Assembly: GCA_023213395.1 (NCBI GenBank)
Contig: CM041465.1
Location: forward strand, 221,471,741-221,535,740
Length of the DNA: 64,000 nt
From: Cycas panzhihuaensis
Lineage: Eukaryota; Plantae; Cycadophyta
Direction of reading: 5' to 3'
A model generated the notes under the pieces. That model saw only the letters and a program-made list of their open reading frames with translations, searched no databases and was not told the DNA's origin. A program made the position numbers and the translations under genes. Within the stretch, counting starts at the first letter, position 1, and each line of letters opens with the position of its first letter. Shown one piece after another: positions 1 to 11,863 of this stretch.

Positions 1-1800
1 CTAAAATATTGCCGAAAGTTTGTTGCGAGGCTCTGTAATTCCACTACCAGGAAGCCGAAGGCAAAAGTAACATTCAAAGGCCCTTTACTGCTTGCTTCGC
101 TCCTTTCCCGTCAATAGACGGCAAAGAGAATTCACTAAAATTCTCTCGAAATTTGAGCGTGATTAGGTTTATTCAACTGAAATTTCAAATAAAGTTACAG
201 ACAATCCGTGTTTTTCTTGACGAAAACGGAAACTTTACCGTCTTGACGCAGATGCAGATGTCGTGAATGTAAAGATATTCAGAACTGAGAATAATTTTAT
301 AGTGCGATATAATACGTTTATTTGATGCTCTGGATGGATGATGTTGATGCACTGTGCATACTTAAAATGACGTTTGCTAGATATCCAACGTATAAAAGGG
401 TGCACAAGAGTTTCTGCGTAAGTTAATTCTCGCCCAAAGATTATTGTTTGTGATGTTTGATCCGTATATGCCTCTAAATGACAAATAATTTCTGGAATCT
501 CCGGATCTGAAGTTTTGGCAGAACATCATTAAGAAAATTAATAATGAGTAACTTTTTATTATATTTGCGATTAATTGAGCAAATCTTGAGGTTGGCTGCA
601 GTCATCGCATTGCAGATAATCAACTGTGACTGAAGGAAGTAAATGTCATCGTAGAAATATCCTGCTTGTGCTGCAGCTTCTATGTACATACGCAGAGCTC
701 TTATCATATGATGGTGAATTTGACTATTTGTCAGCTCAGGACTTTCTTCTGATGCAACTATATTTCGCCAGACTTCAGCGTTGTTGCTATTTAAGTGGTA
801 CACTCTCTGGACGGTTGTTGTTTTTACATGGATATTACAGAATGCAATCTTAAGTTATCCAATTAATTATTATTTACATTGCGTTTGTCTTCTCCTTCAC
901 CCTCCCCACGTTCGACCTGTTGCTATTGGAGGTGAAATTAACTATTAGACAGAACAAATAAAGCTGTTTTGTTTTCATCATAGCTTTTACTGTTCAGGAG
1001 TGTCTATTCGTGTTCAGAGGGCTACTCCAGGGAAGGGCTAGTGGTAAGCGGTAAGTGCTGTCCCGTGAAAGGGACGGGTTCGAATTCCAGATACTCAATT
1101 CTCATGAAATTCGTCTCGGAAATTAATAATGTTCTGCAGGAGCAGGGCCAGGTTAGTGCCCTGCTGATTTTGATCAAATGCATCTGCTTGTCCACGGCTT
1201 CTCCAGAGAAAGAGGGATTGCTATCTGCTGGCAATCTTCTGGTTTTCATCATGGAGTTTTTCTGACGTTTGATTCCATTTATAATGGGAAATTGCTTCTG
1301 TATGTTACAATGCCTGCATAAGCTAGAAAAGCTTCATATTGCCAGGAAAAGCTATTTTACTGTGGGAGAAACTTGTATTTATATTCAAACCGTATTTGCA
1401 ATTGATTGACAAATTTGAGTGATCTCCGTGAAAAATAATCACTACCGGATGACTCTGCCTTTGATTTTTAGCAGGAAAGTTTTATCGTTTAAAGCTCGAA
1501 AAGCTCAAGAGTTCGAATTTCTCCTTAATTCGATAGATAACTCTGGATATAATTTATTCATTCTTTCGCTGAGTGTTTTGCAACTAATTTATCATGGTTT
1601 GTTTTACCAAAATTGATTGCTAAACTTGGTCAAAACTAGCAGATTTGCTTGTTCTCTAGGAGGCGTGGAAAGATTTAAGCTGTCTTTTTCCTAAAAGAGA
1701 GGAAACGAATATATTTTGGATGTTTTTGGAAGATTTTGAACTTTTACCAGAATACACTGAAGTAAAATATGCTTGTATTAATTCCAATTGGCTGTTTTCG
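1..1800 (+). promoter_or_regulatory. Putative promoter/5'-UTR region of the IQD-like gene (non-TE, CpG-retaining)
   Basis: CG dinucleotides are visibly more frequent than in the CG-depleted old TE DNA downstream. No TE motifs. Lies upstream of the first coding exon. TSS not located. Confidence 0.35.
998..1050 (+). other. Possible non-coding 5'-UTR exon with tandem donors
   Basis: Pyrimidine-rich tract plus TTCAG acceptor (996-997), followed by GTAAGC (1044) and GTAAGT (1051) donors. Confidence 0.25.
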
Positions 1801-2161
1801 AGGATTTCACATTTTTCTTGATCAACATTACAGAGACTTAAGGTTGTTTTTCCCAAGATTGAAGACTTGAACCAAAATGCTGTTTAAGAAAATTGGAGGT
1901 ACTTCAATTAGGCTTTATGAGTCAGGGAACCACCAGACGCTGGCATGAAATGTGAAGTTTTGAGGGTTGTGGGAATGACACATTCAGATTTCCAAAAAAG
2001 TATAGGAAAAAATGGAAGGTGCTTTCTTGTGTGATCATTTGTGTGGGCTGCATATGAAATAGGGATGCCTGTAAGATCCTTTCCTGCCGTTTGGTGTTTC
2101 CCACTGCCATGATATTTTTGAATTGTCGTTTTCTCATGCCAAAAGCCTACTTCAATGGAAA

Positions 2162-2845
2162 TGTCACAAGCATAAATCAAGCCTACAGGGCCTTATGCTT
2201 TAATGGAAATCTCGAAATCTCAAGGGCGTTGCAAGGATGCATGTGGTTACCCATATTGCCACTATTGAGAGTTTTAACTCTTAAACCTTGTTGGCCGTTT
2301 ACCATTGATAACCATGGGCTAAGGAATTGGACATGATGGGTAAAGGAAATTAAGGAAAAGCTCATATCTTACTCTTATTTAAACAGTGCAAAGGATTGAA
2401 GATGCTTTCATTCTCCATGCTTGTGGAGACTTGGAGAGGAGGAGGAGAGTTTCAGGAGGTAAATTGCCATAAAAGGTGAAAGATGACATAATACGACGAG
2501 ACACAAAATGTGAAAGGTCATAGAAGGGGAAAGGCAACACAAAGTGAAAAGCGACATTATAAGTCTTAAGTCTATAATATTTGAAAATAGTTGTCTATTT
2601 CATTACGGACGAGTGTGAGACGCACCAATTTGTGCTCTACATTTAATAAGCCAATCCGCAAGGGGGTCCCAATTGCTCAGTTGAATTGGGACCAATTGTA
2701 TGTTGTGGTTTGTCATCTATGTTGAATGCATGAATGTTAATATTGTCATTGCATAATTTATTTTTTGTTACATTTATTTCCATGAATGTCTCGACCAAAC
2801 CTTGCCCTCCTGCTATGAGGGCATGGAAATTTTGGGCTTGTTATA
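2162..2845 (+). mobile_element. Putative old solo LTR upstream of the coding exon
   Basis: Inverted ends TGTCACAAGC...GCTTGTTATA, TATA-like TATTTAAAC at ~2377, and a 10-bp stem GGTCCCAATT/AATTGGGACC at ~2665-2693. No matching TSD. Confidence 0.4.
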
Positions 2846-3823
2846 TAAGAACATTTTAAAAGAAGATATCCAGAGGAAATACATGCATTTGAACAATCCT
2901 TACAAAAGTGTATAGAAATTAGTGATGTAAAGAAATTTGAATGGAAGAAGAATCTTTTTAAACACTCATCTCTAAATACATTATTGGAATCCTCTTTGAC
3001 CTACACGATGTTAATCATTAATGGCATCAATATTCTTAACATTATCATCATCCTTCATTTGCAATGATTTCCTCTCTGTGTATGAGAATCACCCAACAAG
3101 AGAGTACCAATGTGGAATCCAAGCAATTTAAGATTACCGTGTACAAAACACAGATCTGAAAGCTTCTGGGCTGTTAATCCCTTCCAGTTTTTGCAATGGA
3201 ATCATTTGAAGGTGCCCTGATTTTGCTCACATGCTGATGTATTTGGTCCTTGACTCAACATTGTAGCAAAGTTTTGCATTTTAGTATTGAAGTTACATAA
3301 TCCTGGCACCCATTAGCTGTCAAACTTCATCCTTTCTTAGCATTTTCTTCATTGCCAAAAGCCAAATTTGAAACAACCCTTTCTCTCTCCCATCAGTTAC
3401 AGGTTCCTTGCATATCCTTGTATTGGATGTCTATTTTAGGATTCATGCTTGCGAAATGTGAAAGGTTTTATGAGGCCTTTTTCTTTTCTTGCAAATTGTG
3501 AAAGTTCAAATGTGCTTGTTTAGGACAAAGGTTATGCCTGCACAAAACACATTTATGTACATCTATGGGGAGTAGCACATGCTATCAATGTAATTATAAC
3601 TGACAAATCTGAGGCAGAGAGAAATTTGTCCTGCTTTATTTAAATTTGTTAGCTAATACTTTATTGTATGGTAGTTCTTGTTCAGTGATTATCAACTTCC
3701 ATGCACGTCTTAATGATCATGAACATGGAGTAGAGTTTTGTTATTGAAGGATGATTTTTGATGTTAGTCTGCCATGGCAGGTTTTTATTTTTTGCTAGTT
3801 ACTGGTTGTTGAAGATTGATACC

Positions 3824-3907
3824 ATGGGTCGCTCGGGAAAGTGGTTTCAGACAGTAGTTGGTTTTAAAAAATCAACAAAATCATCTCCATCAGAGAAGCA
3901 GGATTAT
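3824..3907 (+). CDS. IQD: First coding exon of an IQ67-domain (IQD) calmodulin-binding protein: MGRSGKWFQTVVGFKKSTKSSPSEKQDY
   Basis: ACCATGG start. The N-terminus matches the IQD-type MGxSGKWxxxxxGxKK pattern. Ends at a phase-0 GTAAGT donor (3908), with an upstream acceptor GGCAG at 3776-3780. The IQ67 domain itself is not in the window. Confidence 0.72.
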
Positions 3908-6098
3908 GTAAGTTGAAAAATACTAAGAGTTATTGCATTCACTTTGATAATATTTTCCCTCGGGGTCAATGAGCTTTGGATTTGAATTCCACACTATTTT
4001 TGTAGTTCTGGAATTGTGATGTTCCTTGAATTGCGGTTCAGAATCTCCAAGGCAGATATGTTATGAAATACAAGGGCTGTGGAGCACCTAAATTCTGTGA
4101 TAGATTTTATCATTAATAAAAGCAACTAGGAGATTTCTTGCCATACAAGTCTTTGGTTTTGTGGTAATAACATTGGCCGAGTAACAATTTGTATGAAACT
4201 GATCCTATATGCTAGCGTTAACCTTTGAAAATCTTGACATCTTTTTCACATGTTATGCTAGTTTTATACAGCAACAACAGTGTGGTTGGGTAAAGATGAA
4301 TTTGATACCCTGACAAAGCATATGCATGCTAAACTGCATTCTTGGAACCATATTCCTGAATGGAAAATTTTGTTGTGTAAAATGAAAGCAGATGAAAATA
4401 TCTAAGAAAACCAGAAAAACATAGTGTGTAAATTGGGATATGATATTTGTTCTAAATTGAAAGCAGACCGACATATCCTATTACTGAAATGGGATAATTT
4501 AAGGTAACATACTGGGAATTCTAAATAAATCATTTCATCTGTAGTTGAGTTTAGGAGGGATTTTGTTCTTTGACAAAACAACTTTCTTTTTCTAATTGAA
4601 AAATGCAGAGTAATTGAAATCCTTCTGTCAGATTACAGCGATAAAATTGAACCCAACCCAAGTTTTCTCTTTTAGTATACAGCTCAGCATCATTCCCTCT
4701 GTTGGATTCATTGTGTTTTGTGACAATGTTTTCACTTTCAAACTTTAAAATATACACAGAAGATCAATTAAATTTCTGTTTAGTTTCAAAATGTATTAAC
4801 AGATGGTTGCTTTTTTATTCTTTTCATGGAAAAAGCTGATTCTATTGCTAGGAAAATTACATGCAATGAATGTGCAACTAAATATGGTGGCAAAAACATG
4901 CTTACCTCTCCTTCAACAATGGCCTGTCAGACCTCTTTGTGGGGATTAAAAAAATCCGTTACATCAAAATCCATAAAGCATGGTGATCATTACCCAAAAA
5001 GACACTTTGACTGAAAGGCACCTGGTTTCTATGTTTTTTGGCTTAGTGGACAAAAGGCTCTTCGTCCATAGTTAATCAAGATCACTATTGCCCAAGATAA
5101 GCATCCATCCCAATTGGGATTGCAAATTCAGTTGAAGCATGAGAATTATTTGAAGTCAAACTTTGTGTGTTTGTGCAGAAATGATCGGATTTTTAGAGCA
5201 ACATGTTATTGAGAAACTTGGTGATGAAAATTTCTGTCTGGAACCTCAAAATATATATGGTTCTTTTAGGAAAAAAGTTATGGAACATTGTTAGTGGGTA
5301 AATGCATAAACCATCTAATGTGACAATGCTATAATTTAGTAAATTTAAGCATAGAAAGGAGATACCCAATTGCTCCATATTGCCCATGTATCGTCTACAA
5401 AAGAGAAATGGGATACTCAATGCGCTCTATTCAAAACCGAGAACTGGGCCAAAAACTTTTATTTGAGAAGGAGGCTTTTCACTTTGAAGACGAACGAGAA
5501 AGAGAGCATTGCAGCTCACATTAATACCATGAGATTGCTAGTGTATCAATTATACACCATCAGTTTCAAATTTTACGAGGATGATGTTGTGATGATGTTG
5601 TCGGGAAGTTTCAAAGTGAACTAGCTCACAATGAGCGAGAACACTCATTTGCTTCTGCAAGAGGAGATAAGAAGAAAGAGTGTGTTTGGCTCTAGTATTG
5701 GAGAATCGTTGTTACTCTCAAATCAAGCTTCAATGAATTAGAAGAAAAAGACTCTTCAAGGTCAAAGTTCATCAACTAGTAAATTGAAGAAGAAGAAAGG
5801 AACATGTTATTACTATAAGAAGGCTAGTCACCTTGAGCAAAATTGTTGGAAGAAGGCAGTAGATCTAAAGAAAGCACAACAAGTGAGTCAAGTTGGTGGC
5901 ATTAATAATTTGTTCCTTATAGCAATGCTTGTAACAACAAAATGGAAAGACATTTGATACATTGGTTCTGGAGCATCACAAGATATGACACCACGTAAAG
6001 AGTTCTTTTCTACCTAAGAGGAGGTTGATACCGATGGAGAAGTCAACTAAGGTGACAATACAACTCACATTGTTGAAGGTAAGAAAATTTCTTTATGT

Positions 6099-6300
6099 TG
6101 TTAGGGAAATAATGTTTTAACTTTTGTATGTATGTACTATAAAGTTTTGGGTTATGTGTCCAATCTCTCTTTAATGTACTAATGACACTTGGGCTTACAT
6201 GCATAGGCCTTCATATGTACATATGATGTATTTATACGAGAGAATCTCTCTCATTAATGAACTAAGGTATTCTCTTCATCTATTTGAAGTTGTTCTAACA
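6099..6300 (+). repeat. 5' LTR of element B
   Basis: Direct repeat of 21169-21376, roughly 90% identical by eye. Confidence 0.92.
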
Positions 6301-8031
6301 TGGTATTATAGTAAGTCTGCTGATAAAAACTTGAGAGAAGATGAATTTAAAATATTGAAAAATCTATTCCGAGAAAAGTATTAAAGATCTTTTTTGGAGT
6401 TTTCAAAAGAGGAAATGACTCTTTTTAAGTCCATTAATTGCAGTACATAACTGTACGGACCTATACAAACGTGAAAATTTCAAGTGCTTAGAATTTAATG
6501 AAAATTGGCTTGTAGATTCATCTCGCAGAGAGGAGCAAACTGTTCAAAATGCATGAGTTCAAATTCTTTTTCAATAAGCGAGAAAACTCAAATTTTCAAG
6601 GGCGTAAGTTTGGAGCTTCAATCTCAAATTTCTCTCATTTTTCTTTGAATTTCTAGGTAAAGTCTATCCCAAATTTATTGTCTAGATAATACCTTTCAAA
6701 TGCATGTAAGCTTGATAAATTTCATCGAAGATTTGAGAAGATTCAAGCATTTTTTTCTTTAAAACCCTATGTAGCCGTACTATTTTTGGGCCATTTTTTT
6801 AGAAAACCAAAAGGCAAATCCAAATTTTTTTTATAGAATTGAAAAGAGCATAATCTCATCTTTCATTTGAGTTTGTTTTTTTCCTAGTCTGTACCACTAT
6901 ACTTTTATGCATAATTCAATACAGACCTGCGATCATATAGTCTATTGTTAGTCTTTTTTTTTTTTCATTTAACATTTTTTTCTCAATATACATTCAATCT
7001 TCTCAGAAATGCCTTCAGTTTTTTACTTAAGAGTCTCAGACAAAATTATAGGACATAATTACAACATCTAGAGGCTGAAGATGCAAGGGCATTTAATGGC
7101 AAAAAATGTCTGGGACATAGACACAGGAAAGGAAACCAAACCCACTAACATAGTGAATGTAATCAAATGGGAAGAAAGGGATAGAATTGCACTTGCTACG
7201 ATCATGTTATCTATCAAAGATTCCTTATTAAGTCACATAGGCACTCCTACTTCTTTCCTAGAGGCTTGGAGAATTTTAGCCTCACTTTATAGTAAAAAAA
7301 AATGAAGTTCAAATAATATCTCTCCGAGAGCAATTGTATAAAATTCATCTAAAAGAAGGGGAAGGTGTCTCAAATTTCATTACCAAAATTGTTGAAATTA
7401 AAAATAGTCTAGTCTCTCCAGGAGAAACCATAGCTGATTTTAAACACTTTCATTTGACAATCAATAAGTTGCCAAAAACATTTGATACTATGATAAACAC
7501 ACTTGCCATAGGAGGACATACGAGTAACATGCCCTTTAAAACATTCATAGGGCACATGGTACAACAAGAGCAAAGAAATAAAAAATATGAGCAGGAAATT
7601 GACATTGAAGAAGCCTTTCTTTCAAGGCTAAGTTTGGAAAGCAAGGGTCGTTCTAGAAGCACAATCAAAGAAAGAAGCAGATCTACCAGAGGATGGACAA
7701 GGATTGTAGCTGAAAATTGAAATAGGTCCACTTGGTCTCTAGAAGGGCGAGGAACAACCACATGGATGATAGAAGGGAGAGGTAGATCTTTCTCTCAAGA
7801 ATCCAGAGTTTGCTTTCATTGTGGAAGGTATGGACATTTTGCTAGTGATTGCAGAATGTATAATTTTCTAAATTGTAATTATTGTGGGAGATAATGACAC
7901 TCTTCTAATTGTTATCCACAAAAACAAGCTGAAATTCAGAGAGGGAAGAAAATAGAGGGGAATTATAACAATGAACAGGTTGAAGAAGAAGAGGAAGAGA
8001 TTGCCTTCATCATAGCCTTAGTCATGCATAC

Positions 8032-10567
8032 TGAAACGCTCTCCGCGGGGCAATGATCCAACGCCTAGCGGGAAGGGCATAAAACAATACGCTAAACAGG
8101 CTAAATAGCGAGGATCATACCGCAGACGTCCGTCGCCGGAAAGTGCACGGATCGCAAGGTGCCTGGTTGCTTCCAGGTAGCCGTGCAAGACGAGGCCTTT
8201 CTACCCTTCGGATGGCCGGGAAGGGAAAAGAATCGCAAGGCCGCTACTTCTCAAGGCAATGAGAAGGCGACGAGGGGCAACCAACCAAAAGTGTAAAGAA
8301 AACGGGTAGAATGCAAATTAGGGATACAACGCAAACAAGCCTTCTATTCCTATGTTATGCAATGTAACAAAGTAATACGAGAAGGCAAATGTAAAATAAA
8401 CAGTTATTTTCCCTTCTTCTTTTATGTTCCTTTACCTATCAAAGTAAATGCAAAGAGACATAAAAGCATAAAGGAAATACGAGAGATACGTGGAAAATAC
8501 CTGGATACGGTGTCCGAGTAGAAACGCAGGTTCCCCTCCTTGGTTGCGCTCCTTTCCTCCTCCCGCGCATGCAACGTCGATCGCAGACAACGAACGGGGT
8601 GCACTTACCTCCCCAAAAGCATGCAAGGACTAAACGAAATGAAGGAAACGAAAGCAAAGCTCAACCGAAAAGGGAGAAGAAATACCATATGGGGCCGACC
8701 AAGAACGGGTCGATCTCCGCAATGATTCCTCCAACGCAATCCCGCAAACAATCCCAACAAACGCCTTCCTCCTGGAGAGAGGCTCTAGCACAACAAGATA
8801 TATGTATATATCGAAAATGAAATCAACTACGCTAGAAAAATGTAGTTAAGCATCAACATGTAACGAAAATGAAACAAGGTCGCTGATAAATATGCGACCG
8901 TCAGACACCATAAAACGCACCAAATGGGATTGAGTGTATCCTGGATGGCTAACTCACCCACGAGAGGTCTCCACAGGTATAGGGAAAACAAGCAAGGTTA
9001 GCATGCAACAAGGTGAGTCATGTAGTAACAAATTTCCTACACCAAGAGGGAAACTCAACCCAACTCTCCAAGGCTTCCTAGCTCTGCTTTCCTAGGAAAG
9101 CACGCAAAAGCAAGGGGAGAGGATAAGGGACGGAACCCTTGGGGAGAAGGACGGCAATGGGGGACGGAACCCCGCCTATCTCCCTCAAATCCTCGTGAAA
9201 ACCCTTTATGCTTAGCTTAGGAAATGGCGAAGGAGGAAGCTAAGAGGAAGAGGATGGGATTCGAGGAAATGCAAGAAAATGCACCCAATCTAGGGCAGCA
9301 CTATAGTAAGCCGCAACTAGCTAAGGTTACTTGCATCAAATGACAAAGGAGATCCCAAAGAAAGCACACAAAAGAAGGAGAAGAGCTTGCAAGTAAAATA
9401 ACAAAAAAACAAGGAAAAATGCACCAACAAGAGACAAGAAATACCTTGAATGAAGGAGAGCATGCATGCATGCACCTTGGCTACTTGGAGCAAAGAAAGA
9501 CAAACAATGTCTAAAGGTCGGTTTTAAGTGTCCTTTGCAAGAAGATGGAAGGAGGAAGCTCTGCAAGATGGGAGCTAGAAGTTGTCCTTGGAGTAGTCTT
9601 TTTGTGAAGAAAGGCCTTGGAACTTTGAGTATTTGTGAGAGAAGGTGAAGCTTGTGGTGGAGAAACGTAGGGGGCAGCAATGGGCCTGCAACTCCAGCTG
9701 GTAGTAGCCCACTTCACCTCTGCTCAAGCTGCATACATGAAAATCCTTAGTTTCTGTGTTTTCCTTTGTCTTTTAGTAGAGAGTTTTTGCTTGGAAGTCT
9801 AGAAAAGTGAACTCAAGAATGAGGCAAATGAATGAAAAAAGGGTTTTTATGCCTTGGGCATAGCAAGTGAACGTTGGGGGCCCCGCGCCCAACTGCTTCG
9901 AGCCACGCCAGTTCAGCGAAAAAACGCGGCCACTGTCACGTGGTTTCTCTTTTTTTCAAATTTTAAACAGTCGTACCGCGGCAAACTTCGCGGTACCGCT
10001 AAGTTTACCGCAGTACGCACTGGTACCACTACAAACTTTGTGGTACCGCTAAGTTTGCGCAGACAAATTAAATTTGAAAAAAGAGAAAAATACAACATAA
10101 AAGTCATTAAAATCAGCTTTTTAAGGTAAGAACAAGGGCTGAACATGAATTAAATCAACTGGGGGAAGGCCCAGGCAGTGGGCAAGTACTCAAAATGGTG
10201 CAAAGAGCCCCAACTAAGGGTTAAACCAGGCTTAGGAAGGGTTTGCAACATAAGCGGCACGTGGCAATAAGAGCAAACAGGCTGGCAGAAACATCTCGAA
10301 AGACCATGGAGACATCGTGAGTGGTCAGACGCCATACGGGGTGTCGCATCCGCTTATGGATGCCCCCGCTGTGAGTCGTCATAGGCTAAAGGGTGCCGTT
10401 AGGCACATGCATTATGAGCAAGCAGTCAAGCAAATGCGCATAGGCAGGCATATGTCAATCAAATTACTCCAAATTACCTTAGCAATCATAAGTAAGAAAA
10501 GTGAAAACATATACCTGAACAAACCTGTGTCGATGCGTCCGGAGTCCATTCCCACTAGGCGGGAACA
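8032..10567 (-). repeat. 3' LTR of element C
   Basis: Long direct repeat of 15466-17993. Confidence 0.93.
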
Positions 10568-11406
10568 TCGCCTCGGCGCAGAGCCTCACTGCTCGGAAGC
10601 GTAATGTGATGGCGAATGCTGACAATCAAGAAAACATGAGTAGCACATGCATATATATATATAAGAGCAATCAAGAGCAGCACGTGATCCAAGGGTGTAG
10701 GCAAGTGTCGTGGGCGAACGCAGCGTGGACAAGGGAGACAGAGACGAGGACAACGTAGGGGCTGCCTACGCATCGTCTAGGCATCGACCAAACCGGCAGC
10801 AAGAAACGGGATGCCCCCCATTGCCAAGGTGCAACGTGAAGTAAGAGGGCATCCCAAGAAAGAGAGCAAGCATATCTAACCGACAGCAACCGGAGACTTG
10901 GGCACGGGCTGGCCAGACAAGCCTCCACATGAAATGGTGTGTATCATGTATGATAGAGGTAGCATGTATGATTTATTTTGTACATGAATGATTTTTGTAT
11001 GTTGTAAATGTAAATATGAAAATATGCAAGTATGTGAATGTGTAAATGTATATGTTTGGTTGCAAAGTTTTGTAAATATGCAGGTTTTCGTTGTAGATAC
11101 TTGTTGTAAATATTTTGTTGTAATATGCATGTGTTTCCTTCCATGTATGGGCAGTATGTTCACTGGGCGCACACATCCACCGTGAGCAGAGGTGATCGAG
11201 AGGTGTGAGGTTAGAAGATAGGGCGACATGCACGTCCACAGGGGAGCATAGCGGAATATGCGAAGGAAACAACAAGCACGGAAGGGGGAGTAACGATATT
11301 CCCCAGCGTCGTCCTAGTTGGGGAATGCCCAAGTAGGAGGACAAAGGTTCCCAAGAGCATACGGGAACGGGTTCATGGGAGGAACCGAAGGAGAAACGAA
11401 AAGAAA

Positions 11407-11656
11407 ATCCATCTTAAATTGCCATCCTACCGCAGCTGGGGAGAATGGAGACAGTTCAAAATGGTAGTTTAAGCTCATTTTGAGAAGAATCCATCTTAAA
11501 TTGCCATTCCACCCGTGGTTGGGAGGAATGGGAACAATTTAAAATGGTAGTTTAGGCTCATTTCAGAGCGAGAATCCATCTTAAATTGCCATTCCACCCG
11601 TGGTTGGGAGGAATGGTAACAATTTAAAATGGTAGTTTAGGCTCGTTTCGGAGCAA
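11407..11656 (-). repeat. Three tandem ~83-bp hairpin-forming units in the 3' region of C
   Basis: Units start at 11407, 11489 and 11574. Each has the inverted repeat CCATCTTAAATTG-CCATTCC...GGAATGG-CAATTTAAAATGG. Confidence 0.9.
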
Positions 11657-11863
11657 GAGGAGAGGAAGAGGTGTGCCTAGGCCCCATAAAGGTAGGGGTA
11701 GTCACACGCAGGGTAGGAGATAGGTGACGAAGAGTAGGGCCGGTGGCTAGGTCTACCAAGAACTTGCTATGGTCGGAACCGGATGAGCAACGGACTGGCA
11801 CCTGACGGATCGCGTGGCAAGGTTGCATCCGAAGTAAGAGTGGCTCTAGTCAGGGGTAAGGAT

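Noticed and set aside
474-2365. Short ORFs upstream of the IQD exon
   Set aside because: No recognisable domains, overlapping frames on both strands, and no consistent splice structure.
5160-5190. TTGTGCAG acceptor as IQD exon 2
   Set aside because: The phase-0 reading hits AAA TGA at once, and the sequence continues as Copia gag.
9336-9680. Hydrophobic ORF in the LTR of C (env-like?)
   Set aside because: It lies inside the LTR, the frame is not preserved in the second LTR, and the hydrophobicity reflects T-rich composition.
11407-11656. CRISPR-like appearance of the repeat array
   Set aside because: Whole units are repeated with no unique spacers, the context is a eukaryotic retroelement, and there are no cas genes.
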